DNA of 13,715 nt from Promethearchaeota archaeon (GTDB lineage: Archaea; Asgardarchaeota; Lokiarchaeia; Sigyniarchaeales; SOKP01), in NCBI GenBank assembly GCA_013375475.1, contig JABXKD010000087.1, forward strand, positions 1 through 13,715, read 5' to 3'. Positions within the stretch are counted from its first letter, which is position 1. Every line of letters starts with the position of its first letter. A program made the translations under genes and the position numbers. Of this stretch, positions 1 to 7,922 are shown piece after piece. The notes under the pieces are model-generated. The model was not told the DNA's origin. It made no database searches and worked only from the letters and a program-made list of their open reading frames with translations.

Positions 1-1156
1 CCCACGTGTTGTACGTATTCATATTAGCTTCTTTGGCATTGTTTAAATTTGATTTGTAAAGACCCTTTTTTTTTCCTCGTGGGATAAACGAATCGATTGG
101 AATCCAATTGGCACCTTTTGCGAATATAGGAACACCATTTAATCTAAAATAAAAGGATTCTCCCCATTCGTCAGTTTTCCGTATTAGACGAATTTCTCTT
201 ACGCCCATTTTTTGCTTAACGGAATCGATTATCCCATTTTTATTAATTGTAACAGAAAGATCGTATAGATTAGGTGTACCAAGATCATGACTCCACCAAA
301 GATAAGGATATTCAAGGCTAAATTCGGCTTGAAGAATTAAATTATTGATAGAAATCTCCTTAGTCGTAATTTTACTATCCGGAGCTTTAAGTTCTACTTT
401 TAAACTATATTGTTCCATTTCATTAATAGATAAATCAGATTCTAAATTTATTTCAAATAGCAAATCGGCTGACATAACTCCTAAATCTGTTATTTCTCGT
501 AGATCTGATATATTGTCTACATCTTTATTATAATGCAGTTTTTGAGTCACATAAAAAGAATCAATTCTAATATCATCATATCCAAATAATTCAACGGGTT
601 TCCATATTCCTATATCAGGTAATTTAGGTCCCCAATCCCATCCAAAGGAATACTGTGCTTTACGGAGATAGGGTACTCCCGGAATCGCAGCGTAGCCAGT
701 GTTTAAGTCAAACCCTTTTTTTCCTTTTTCCTCTCTCGCAGTCAAGGTTGGGCTTTTAAATTTAATAATCAAGCTATTGTCTTTATCTTTTAACCTTGAT
801 TTCACTTTAAAATCGTATCTGGTAAACATGTTATTTGTAGATCCCAGATTCTCACCGTTTAAAATAATCTCCGATATGGTATCTAATCCATGGAAGCGAA
901 GTAGAATGTGTTTATGATTTAGAAAATCAGGACTCAAATCAAACTCTGTTTTGTAATCCCACCCTGATTCGTAAACCCACGAGACTTCATGTTCTCTTAG
1001 TCCATAAAAAGGATCTTCAATAATTTTATTATTAATTAATGTTTCAAATACAGTTCCCGGTACTTCAGCTAGTACCTCAATTGCTTTTTGTTCGTTTGTC
1101 AGGAACCAAATCTCATTTAAAGATTTTTTTTCGACTTTACTATGAATAAATAACAA
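1..1156 (-). CDS. Glycoside hydrolase family 2 beta-mannosidase-like protein, partial (runs off the left edge)
   Basis: Manual minus-strand translation, absent from the ORF track because there is no stop in the window: AEVPGTV..IEDPFYG, LRFHGLDT, NNMF, YLRKAQYSFGWDWGPKLPDIGIWKPVEL, LWWSHDLGTPNLY, GESFYFRLNGVPIFAKGANWIP, EANMN. These are hallmark GH2 beta-mannosidase motifs. The first usable start after the in-frame TAA at 1172-1174 is TTG at 1156, so the start is tentative. Confidence 0.93.
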   Translation of the reverse strand, partial: MLFIHSKVEKKSLNEIWFLTNEQKAIEVLAEVPGTVFETLINNKIIEDPFYGLREHEVSWVYESGWDYKTEFDLSPDFLNHKHILLRFHGLDTISEIILNGENLGSTNNMFTRYDFKVKSRLKDKDNSLIIKFKSPTLTAREEKGKKGFDLNTGYAAIPGVPYLRKAQYSFGWDWGPKLPDIGIWKPVELFGYDDIRIDSFYVTQKLHYNKDVDNISDLREITDLGVMSADLLFEINLESDLSINEMEQYSLKVELKAPDSKITTKEISINNLILQAEFSLEYPYLWWSHDLGTPNLYDLSVTINKNGIIDSVKQKMGVREIRLIRKTDEWGESFYFRLNGVPIFAKGANWIPIDSFIPRGKKKGLYKSNLNNAKEANMNTYNTW

Positions 1157-1171
1157 CTCTTTTTTATTTTG

Positions 1172-1972
1172 TTAAATAATATACTTAAAATTATCGTCTT
1201 CTATAATCCAAGCTTCTAAAAACTTATTTCTTTTTTTTGTATCCCAAATATTGTCAATATTACTTATCCCTTCGTATAGATCATCGAGTAATTCTCTTCC
1301 TACGGGGCACTGTTCGTGCGAGGGATAGATCTCTTGAACTATGTCGGCATCACACAATTCCTTTAATCTTGATATGCTTTTTAGAATAATGTGAAATTCT
1401 TTTCTTTTTGGGAGATACATTGTACCGTAATGAGCAGTATCTCCAGTGAATAATTCACCCTTACTAGTCAAAAGGGATATAGATCCGATCGAATGACCTG
1501 GTGTGTCGATTACTTCTACTGAGATATCTCCCAATTCAAATCTATCTCCATCATGCAATGGTTCTATATTATCAGAAGGTTGGTATACAAATCCTATGGC
1601 AGAATATCGATTCACAATCTCTTTAGGCGAATCTTTTAGCATTGAAATGTCAAAAGGCAAAGAAGCAACCCTCACTTCGTTATCGTGGATATAAATCGTT
1701 TCGAATTCATTATTTGATCCTCTATGGTCGAAATGGGAATGCGTATTAATTACAAATAACTCTCGATTCTCAATCAATTCGTTAATAAGGGGTTTAATAG
1801 GGAAGATACCACTTCCAGTGTCAATCAGTAAGGCTTTGTCGTGTCCAAGAATAAGATAAATATTGGTATAAATTGTAAGAAATCGGGGATCGATCTCGTC
1901 AAGGTGTTCTCGGATAATATATAGGTAATCTTTCTGTTTTATAACTTCATACCAGTCATTATCTTTAGACAT
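1172..1972 (-). CDS. MBL-fold metallo-hydrolase (metallo-beta-lactamase superfamily, glyoxalase II-like)
   Basis: LIDTG, THSHFDH (HxHxDH), TPGHS, LFTGD and YPSH metal-binding motifs in a 266-aa ORF. Confidence 0.92.
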   Translation of the reverse strand: MSKDNDWYEVIKQKDYLYIIREHLDEIDPRFLTIYTNIYLILGHDKALLIDTGSGIFPIKPLINELIENRELFVINTHSHFDHRGSNNEFETIYIHDNEVRVASLPFDISMLKDSPKEIVNRYSAIGFVYQPSDNIEPLHDGDRFELGDISVEVIDTPGHSIGSISLLTSKGELFTGDTAHYGTMYLPKRKEFHIILKSISRLKELCDADIVQEIYPSHEQCPVGRELLDDLYEGISNIDNIWDTKKRNKFLEAWIIEDDNFKYII

Positions 1973-2009
1973 AAAACCAATAGTTAGAAAATTAATTTAA
2001 AACTTATTA
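1967..2009. repeat. 43-bp imperfect direct repeat, copy 1 (MBL promoter plus start codon)
   Basis: agacataaaaccaatagttagaaaattaatttaaaacttatta matches 3532-3574 at 38 of 43 positions without gaps, including an exact 19-mer ttagaaaattaatttaaaa. Confidence 0.8.
1995..2009 (-). promoter_or_regulatory. Putative archaeal BRE/TATA promoter of the MBL hydrolase gene (probably leaderless)
   Basis: Minus strand TAATAAG-TTTTAAAT, with the TATA element about 23-30 nt upstream of the ATG at 1972 and no Shine-Dalgarno sequence. Confidence 0.5.
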
Positions 2010-2010
2010 T

Positions 2011-2730
2011 TCACCATATGAAAGGTATAATTCTATATTTTGTTTTTTGCGTATAATCCTTATATCCCTCTAATTCTTCTCTAAGCATCTTTTCCTCATC
2101 TCGAATTCTGAGTATCATCGACAAGATTAAAGCTGGTAAAGGTAATAATCCCCAATAAGAACCCAAAGCTAAAGGTAGTATACCGAACATCAAAATAATG
2201 GATGTGTACATCGGGTGTCTTACAAAAGAATAAGGTCCCGTTGTAATAACTTTTTGAACTTTTAGTTCAACCTGTACAGTACGACTAGCAAAACTATTTT
2301 CCTTTAAAACGCGAAAAAGCATTAAATATCCTAAAGCAAAGATAACATCCGAGACGACCACCAACCAGATCGGTGCTGAAGACCAATTCCATCTTCGGTC
2401 AAGCCCCGGTAACAGAATGATAATCAAGAGTATGATATTTGCAGCATTATGTATTATTTTTTGTTCACTTCGTTTTTCTTCTCTTTTTAGCCTCCTCTTG
2501 AGAAGATCTGGATCATTTTTAACCATATATCTTAAATTTATGAGTAGCATTACAAAAAATATTCCAATAAATAACCATGCCTCCCAAAATAGCATGGTAC
2601 CAGCAGACAGAAAGAAACATAACCCAAGGAGAATAAATATAAACGTAAATTTTCCGGTTGCCTGTAATAGTAGACTTTTTGTCTCAGATGTAGTTTCTTT
2701 TTTAGAGTCTCTTTCAATTTTCTCATCCAT
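2011..2730 (-). CDS. Isoprenylcysteine carboxyl methyltransferase (ICMT/Ste14/PEMT) family integral membrane methyltransferase
   Basis: Several hydrophobic helices, ENSFASRTV, VITTGPYSFVRHPMY, RIRDEEKML..Y..Y...TKYRIIPFIW; GAGGAG RBS about 7 nt upstream of the ATG. Confidence 0.9.
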   Translation of the reverse strand: MDEKIERDSKKETTSETKSLLLQATGKFTFIFILLGLCFFLSAGTMLFWEAWLFIGIFFVMLLINLRYMVKNDPDLLKRRLKREEKRSEQKIIHNAANIILLIIILLPGLDRRWNWSSAPIWLVVVSDVIFALGYLMLFRVLKENSFASRTVQVELKVQKVITTGPYSFVRHPMYTSIILMFGILPLALGSYWGLLPLPALILSMILRIRDEEKMLREELEGYKDYTQKTKYRIIPFIW

Positions 2731-2785
2731 TTTTTTTCTCCTCGAAATTCTTTTATTCTCTTATTGTATTTCTATTAATAGAGTT

Positions 2786-3298
2786 TTAAAACAATATTAT
2801 AATAAACGCTATTAGCAAGCTTAAAACAGCCATTAAGAGAGTTCCCCAAATATGACCTTTGGCGTGAGAAATCCTAAAATCTTTATATTCTCTATCTTTC
2901 ATGTTCTCAGTTCCAGGAATAATTACAAATTTAGGTGTTATTGTACCTACAATAATCCAATCAAGAATAACTAAATCAGCAATATTTCCAAACATTAAAA
3001 TTCCAAAAATATTAAGAAAAGCTGTTAAGAAATCGATTTCTCCGCCATATTGTTCCCTTAATATTAAAGTTGAAACAATTGGAAAGATAAGACCAAATAG
3101 GAAAAATGGAATAGAGAGAATTTCTCCTTTTCTCTTTTCAGATTTCGTTTGAGGCGGTACTTTATCAGTAATTACCTTAGGATAATCACTAAATCCCCAT
3201 ATACGAGGGCTAAATTTAGCCATTATAAATAGTAGGTATATCGTAAGTATAATAGCAAAAATGAATCCATGGAAAATAATATTAGATAATAGTGACAT
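2786..3298 (-). CDS. Conserved hypothetical membrane protein (about 4 TM helices)
   Basis: Hydrophobic ORF with SPRIW..DYP and DLVILDWIIVGTITPKFVIIPGTE segments typical of a small uncharacterised membrane family. ATG at 3298 (preceded by CAGGAA) is preferred over the track's TTG at 3313. Confidence 0.75.
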   Translation of the reverse strand: MSLLSNIIFHGFIFAIILTIYLLFIMAKFSPRIWGFSDYPKVITDKVPPQTKSEKRKGEILSIPFFLFGLIFPIVSTLILREQYGGEIDFLTAFLNIFGILMFGNIADLVILDWIIVGTITPKFVIIPGTENMKDREYKDFRISHAKGHIWGTLLMAVLSLLIAFIIILF

Positions 3299-3366
3299 TA
3301 TTTCCTGTCTCAATACTTTTTAACTAAAGAAAGTAGTTTTCTCTAATGAATCAATATCATGTATTA

Positions 3367-3380
3367 TATTTAAACTTTTT
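3367..3380 (-). promoter_or_regulatory. Putative BRE/TATA promoter of the membrane-protein gene
   Basis: Minus strand AAAAAG-TTTAAATA, a good match to the archaeal purine-rich BRE plus TTTAWATA, about 70 nt upstream of ATG 3298. Confidence 0.55.
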
Positions 3381-3531
3381 AGTCAAACCTAATTTACTAT
3401 ATTTTATCTCGCAATTTTTCAGCGTAAATAGAAAATAAAGAGAAATTTAGAAGTTAATTACAATATTTCTTAATTTCTTAATTTTGTTAATAGATAAAGA
3501 TGCATTATAGTAGTAGATATAAATCTTATTA

Positions 3532-3574
3532 AGATATAAACCCGATAATTAGAAAATTAATTTAAAATTTATTA
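3532..3574. repeat. 43-bp imperfect direct repeat, copy 2 (the ATG equivalent is ATA)
   Basis: agatataaacccgataattagaaaattaatttaaaatttatta; 5 mismatches to 1967-2009 at an offset of 1565 bp. Confidence 0.8.
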
Positions 3575-3625
3575 ATAAGGCACATTTTCATAATGCATCA
3601 AGCGATTTAGAATAGAAGTGACATT

Positions 3626-4441
3626 ATGAAAAAGCTTACATTACCAAATGGAGAAGTCATTTCATACATAGATAAATTAACTGCACTTGATGTATACGAT
3701 GAGATCTATGTTGAAAATGAATATCTTCGCCACGATATTGAAGTAAATGATAATGATGTCATTTTTGATATTGGAGCAAATATCGGTTTATTTTCTCGAT
3801 ATGTAGCAATGCAGGCGAAAAATTTACAGATTTTTACTTTTGAGCCCGTTCCCATAATATTTGATGTCTTAGAGGAGAACCTCAAGAATTTACCAGCTGA
3901 AGTCAAAAATTACAACGTTGGGTTAGCTGAAAGAGAGGAAATTACACATATTCATTATTACCCAAATGTGAGTGCCGATTCTGCTATTATTGAATTTGAT
4001 TGGGATCTTAAAGTGGAGCAATATCTTCTCAATTATGATGAAACCGTTGCTGATTGGTTTCAGGGTGCAGAATCAATCCCAGAGTCTAAACGAAAAGATA
4101 TTATTGAAAAAATATTGAAAGATTTATATAAAGCTGAACTAGTACAATGCAAATTGCGAACGATCTCAGATATTATTCAAGAAAATGATATTAAAACCAT
4201 AAATCTAATGAAAATCGACGCTGAGAACTATGAATTCCAAGTACTTTCAGGGATTAACCAAACTGATTGGGAAAAAATCCATCAAATCACCATGGAGGTT
4301 CACGAACATATTCAAGGGGGAAAAAATCTTCTAAAAAAATTGTCGAAAATGTTAGAAGAAAAGGGTTTTCAGGTAAAGAAAGGCTTAGATAGCCGTTTTT
4401 CTCTCATGGGCGTTTATATGCTTTACGCTAAGAGACATTAA
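3626..4441 (+). CDS. FkbM-family SAM-dependent methyltransferase
   Basis: VIFDIGANIGLF (motif I), IFTFEPVP, NVGL and INLMKIDAENYEFQVLSGI...W..I.QITMEVH, the FkbM/Methyltransf_21 signature. Confidence 0.93.
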   Translation: MKKLTLPNGEVISYIDKLTALDVYDEIYVENEYLRHDIEVNDNDVIFDIGANIGLFSRYVAMQAKNLQIFTFEPVPIIFDVLEENLKNLPAEVKNYNVGLAEREEITHIHYYPNVSADSAIIEFDWDLKVEQYLLNYDETVADWFQGAESIPESKRKDIIEKILKDLYKAELVQCKLRTISDIIQENDIKTINLMKIDAENYEFQVLSGINQTDWEKIHQITMEVHEHIQGGKNLLKKLSKMLEEKGFQVKKGLDSRFSLMGVYMLYAKRH

Positions 4442-4458
4442 CTTAAAGATGTGAGAAT

Positions 4459-5727
4459 GTGCTAAAAAATTCTAAGACTCGTAGGCTAACTATATCGTTA
4501 AAAAGATTTTTTCCTTTTTTCTTGTTAGAAATTATCATGACATCTACGACGGGAAGTCTAGGTACTGCCATATCTAATAATATCATCTCTGAGTTAAATT
4601 ATGCTCCTTGGATAGGAGGAATCGTGGTTAGTATGGCTTCAGCGGGATTCCTCATATTTACTTTAGCTTTCGGGCATATTTCAGATAAATATGGTCAGAG
4701 AAATGTAATAGTAATTATTCTTTTCATTAGATTGGGATGTAGTTTCTTCTACTTAGTCCCTATTACCTCAAATCTTCATCTAATTATCTTCGGACTCCTC
4801 TTTTTTATAGATGGTGGTGTAAGTGGTTTATTTTGGCCAACAATACAACAAATTAGTGTTTTTACACAGAAATTTGGGGGATTAAGATTAAAACAAAGAT
4901 ACATGAGTGGCTACAATTTCAGTTGGAACTTTGGATTTATTTTTGGAATGTTAGCGGGAACGATTATTGTTTATCTACTTAATTCAAATTATTCCGTATT
5001 CTATTTTAACGCTATTGGATTAATCTTTGGCGTCGTTATTGCTCTATTATTTGTAAAAAACACCAACGAAATCTTCAAAACTGATAAAAGTAGTGTTAGT
5101 GATTCTCAACAAACTATAATTAAAGAATTTAATGACGAACTCATCAGAGATGGACAATTAAGCATAACATCAAGGCTTTCTAGACTTCCTCTCTATTCTC
5201 TTTTACTTGTTCTCCTGTTACACTCTTCAACAGATGGAGTAATGACTATTTTCCTGACACTTAAGATCGATCTAATTCATCAAGAACTTTATTGGGTATT
5301 TTTATTATCATTGATCAAACTTTTTACCCAAATGGTTGCTACGATGATATTTTCCTTTACCAAAAATAAACAAATAGCAAGACTTCTCATGATATCGATT
5401 GCAGTGGTTGCATTTTCGTGGTTTTTGATTATGTTGAGTAATGATCTCTGGTCTTTAGCACTTCTATTAACAATTTCTGGTTTTGGTCAGGGTATGATCT
5501 ATCCACTTATAATGAATTTGATATCTTACAAAGCAAGGGATAAAAACAGTGCTAAACCTTTTTCGTATTTTCAAGCAATAATGTCTAGCGGTAGAATGAC
5601 GGGATCCTTAATGTTTGGTTTAACTTCAACCGTCTTTCTAAATTTAGGAGTAGTAATCATATTAGTTTATGAAATTCTTACTTACATTCAGTTTAATATT
5701 AACTGGAAATACACTTCTCGAGATTAA
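4459..5727 (+). CDS. Major facilitator superfamily (MFS) transporter
   Basis: About 12 hydrophobic segments in two bundles with a hydrophilic central loop; motif A GHISDKYGQR; GTG start 17 nt after the FkbM stop, preceded by GTGAG. Confidence 0.9.
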   Translation: MLKNSKTRRLTISLKRFFPFFLLEIIMTSTTGSLGTAISNNIISELNYAPWIGGIVVSMASAGFLIFTLAFGHISDKYGQRNVIVIILFIRLGCSFFYLVPITSNLHLIIFGLLFFIDGGVSGLFWPTIQQISVFTQKFGGLRLKQRYMSGYNFSWNFGFIFGMLAGTIIVYLLNSNYSVFYFNAIGLIFGVVIALLFVKNTNEIFKTDKSSVSDSQQTIIKEFNDELIRDGQLSITSRLSRLPLYSLLLVLLLHSSTDGVMTIFLTLKIDLIHQELYWVFLLSLIKLFTQMVATMIFSFTKNKQIARLLMISIAVVAFSWFLIMLSNDLWSLALLLTISGFGQGMIYPLIMNLISYKARDKNSAKPFSYFQAIMSSGRMTGSLMFGLTSTVFLNLGVVIILVYEILTYIQFNINWKYTSRD

Positions 5728-5740
5728 TAAAAAAATAATA
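5728..5740 (-). terminator. Possible archaeal oligo-T terminator of the peptidase gene
   Basis: Minus strand TATTATTTTTTTA in the 13-nt gap between the convergent MFS and peptidase stop codons. Confidence 0.35.
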
Positions 5741-6886
5741 TTAAAAGTTCAAAGGTTCTGATTTGGTAATAATTTCTACTTTGTCATTCCGAATTAAGAC
5801 ATCGTTTTCGAGTCTTTGACCACCTAATCCTTGCTTATAAGCTCCAGGTTCTATCGTAAACACCATTCCATCTTGAATTGTCTCTTCTTTCCAATGTTTT
5901 TTTGAATGCTCATCCGTAGGTTTTCGCGTTACAAATGGAGAATCGTGTACAGTTAACCCTAAACCATGGCCTAAAGAATAAGGCATGAGATAACCGCCTT
6001 TCCTAAGTACAGTTTCTGCTGTGTCATGGATTTTCCATAAGGGTACATCCATGTCAATCATTTCAATGGCAGCTTCGTAGGATTTGATCGCTAATTCACG
6101 CATTTTATTCTGTTCGTCTGATAATTTACCAAAAGTAATCGGAATTGTAATATCACTGTTATATCCTTGAAATTTTGCCCCAAAATCGATTAAAGCTAAC
6201 CCTGGTAAACCAAATCTCTGATCACTAGCAAATGGATGTTGGTGAATTTCATGAGCTCGTGAAGAATTTGCAACAAGAGGTTCAAAAGCTACATCATCAC
6301 CACCATAATCTCCGATTTTTTTACGCACTAGAAACGATAAATCTTTTTCTGTACCGTCAGGATTGTTTATGCAGAAATCTTTGATATCATCGATAATTCT
6401 ATTTCCAATTTGCGCTGCTTTTAATAATCTCTTAATCTCTAATTCTGTTTTGGTAGATCTCAGTTTTTCGAAAAGTTGCGTTATTTGGATAGGTTCTTCA
6501 AAAAACTTAATACCAGTCATTATTGCTTTCATTTTTACAATTAATCCATAAGTAGTCATTGAATGGACCCCAATTGTAATTGAAGATTTTTTCCAGCGGT
6601 TTTCAAATAAATCTTTTATTGCTAGAGATGGATTGAAGCTGAAATTAGCAGGATTTATAATTTCGTCAACTTCCGAATGTTTTTCGGCTAAAGGTACGTC
6701 CCATGGTATTAAGATCGTTTCTCCACTTGAATTTATTAATATCGTTGCGTCGGTAGGATGACCAGAAAGATACTGTAAGTTAACATTCCGACTATCTTCG
6801 TAATCAGTTATCATTAGAACATCGAGTTTCTTTTCTTTTATAAATTCTACAATTGATTCGAATTTTTCTTCGGTAATAGGTCGCAT
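5741..6886 (-). CDS. M24B-family Xaa-Pro peptidase (aminopeptidase P/prolidase-like)
   Basis: Creatinase-like N-domain (NLQYLSG), LRSTKTELEI, and pita-bread metal ligands in IDFGA, SDIT, GHGLGLTVHD, TIEPGAY and RLEND. Confidence 0.93.
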   Translation of the reverse strand: MRPITEEKFESIVEFIKEKKLDVLMITDYEDSRNVNLQYLSGHPTDATILINSSGETILIPWDVPLAEKHSEVDEIINPANFSFNPSLAIKDLFENRWKKSSITIGVHSMTTYGLIVKMKAIMTGIKFFEEPIQITQLFEKLRSTKTELEIKRLLKAAQIGNRIIDDIKDFCINNPDGTEKDLSFLVRKKIGDYGGDDVAFEPLVANSSRAHEIHQHPFASDQRFGLPGLALIDFGAKFQGYNSDITIPITFGKLSDEQNKMRELAIKSYEAAIEMIDMDVPLWKIHDTAETVLRKGGYLMPYSLGHGLGLTVHDSPFVTRKPTDEHSKKHWKEETIQDGMVFTIEPGAYKQGLGGQRLENDVLIRNDKVEIITKSEPLNF

Positions 6887-6991
6887 ATTCTCACTCTATT
6901 TTTCTTATAGCAATTATATAATATTATCTCCATTTTTGATTTATAAAACCAAGTGTTAAATTTCAAAGTGGTTTACAATTAATTCTTATCA

Positions 6992-7918
6992 TTAACTGAG
7001 TTCTAAAGAGATCTCATGTATTTTTGATGTAATTTTACGATAGATTTCCCTTAGAACGATCTCAAAGGATTTATTCTCAATATTTTTGGGAATTCCTAAG
7101 TTCTCTAAAGTTTCTATAATCTTTCCAGGCTTTTTTATATCAAATCCAATCGTATATTCATCAGTACCAGAATAGAGTTTGGTTATATCTTCGATGTAAA
7201 TTTTAGGAACATTAAATTTAAATTCAATGTTATTCTTAAGAGAAACTTCTTCGGATTCATCTCTACTCTCTATTGCTTGTGATAAACTAAGATCCACAAG
7301 AATTTCTTCTTTAGATTTTCCTCGCAACTCTAATAATAAGAATGGATTATAATCTAGCACACCAGCAAGATATAAAATTACAGCAGCAATATGTTTGCAG
7401 GGAATTGCTTTATCAGGACAAGAGCAAGTTGAATCTAATCCCTGAGTTGCATCTGGAAATAGGGAATATCCATTGTTTTCAAAGATTGTAACAATCTCTT
7501 GAGGTAGAGAGCCTTCTAATAATTCGATGATGTAATCTAGTCTCGTAGATAATTCTTTAACTATTTTTTCCCATGTTTCATCCGGAATAATTTCAAAATT
7601 TATTTTCACGCGGTAAGGTGTAGGAGCGGTACCTTGTACGGTTGCAAAGATTTGGCCCGTACTTATTGAGAAATTGTCAATACGCTCCTCATCTTTAGCA
7701 TAATCAATTCCTCTCTGCATTCTGAAGGGACGCCCAATTTTTAGGTTTGAGATAATCCAATCTCTTCCCCAAGGCGTCTTAGCATAATTGATTAGATTTT
7801 TTTTAATTTGTTCAACTTCTTCGCGGGTTCTTTCTTTTTCATATTCCGTTTTTCTTTTAGGGACATCTTTTTTCTTGTTTCTCCTATTATCCATGAGATA
7901 TTTTTTTCTTTCATCCAT
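6992..7918 (-). CDS. SWIM zinc-finger protein (SNF2-associated, Rv2102/YwqB-like)
   Basis: CSCPDKAIPCKH (CxC..CxH SWIM), PWGRDW, RMQRGIDYA, ATVQGTAPTPYRV and NPFLLLELRG; starts 4 nt after the SNF2 stop, with GGTGA inside the final SNF2 codons. Confidence 0.92.
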   Translation of the reverse strand: MDERKKYLMDNRRNKKKDVPKRKTEYEKERTREEVEQIKKNLINYAKTPWGRDWIISNLKIGRPFRMQRGIDYAKDEERIDNFSISTGQIFATVQGTAPTPYRVKINFEIIPDETWEKIVKELSTRLDYIIELLEGSLPQEIVTIFENNGYSLFPDATQGLDSTCSCPDKAIPCKHIAAVILYLAGVLDYNPFLLLELRGKSKEEILVDLSLSQAIESRDESEEVSLKNNIEFKFNVPKIYIEDITKLYSGTDEYTIGFDIKKPGKIIETLENLGIPKNIENKSFEIVLREIYRKITSKIHEISLELS

Positions 7919-7922
7919 CTAT

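Noticed and set aside
345-917. Track ORFs 345..533 (+) and 699..917 (+)
   Set aside because: Antisense shadows of the GH2 beta-mannosidase gene, with no recognisable motifs.
2011-2730. ICMT-family gene as evidence of eukaryote-like CAAX prenylation
   Set aside because: This subfamily is widespread in bacteria and archaea, and no prenyltransferase or CAAX protease is nearby.
3465-3484. Tandem ATTTCTTA x2.5, and similarly the TCTATTAATAGA palindrome at 2771-2782
   Set aside because: Short and nearly all A/T; expected by chance in such AT-rich intergenic DNA.
1983-3599. Integron attC-like interpretation of the repeats (TTCTAAC after the ICMT stop)
   Set aside because: No matching GTTRRRY/RYYYAAC pair with proper L boxes, and no integrase in the window.
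1503-3906. Track ORFs 1503..1694, 2417..2815, 2901..3152 (+) and 3706..3906 (-)
   Set aside because: Antisense to the well-supported MBL, ICMT, membrane-protein and FkbM genes.
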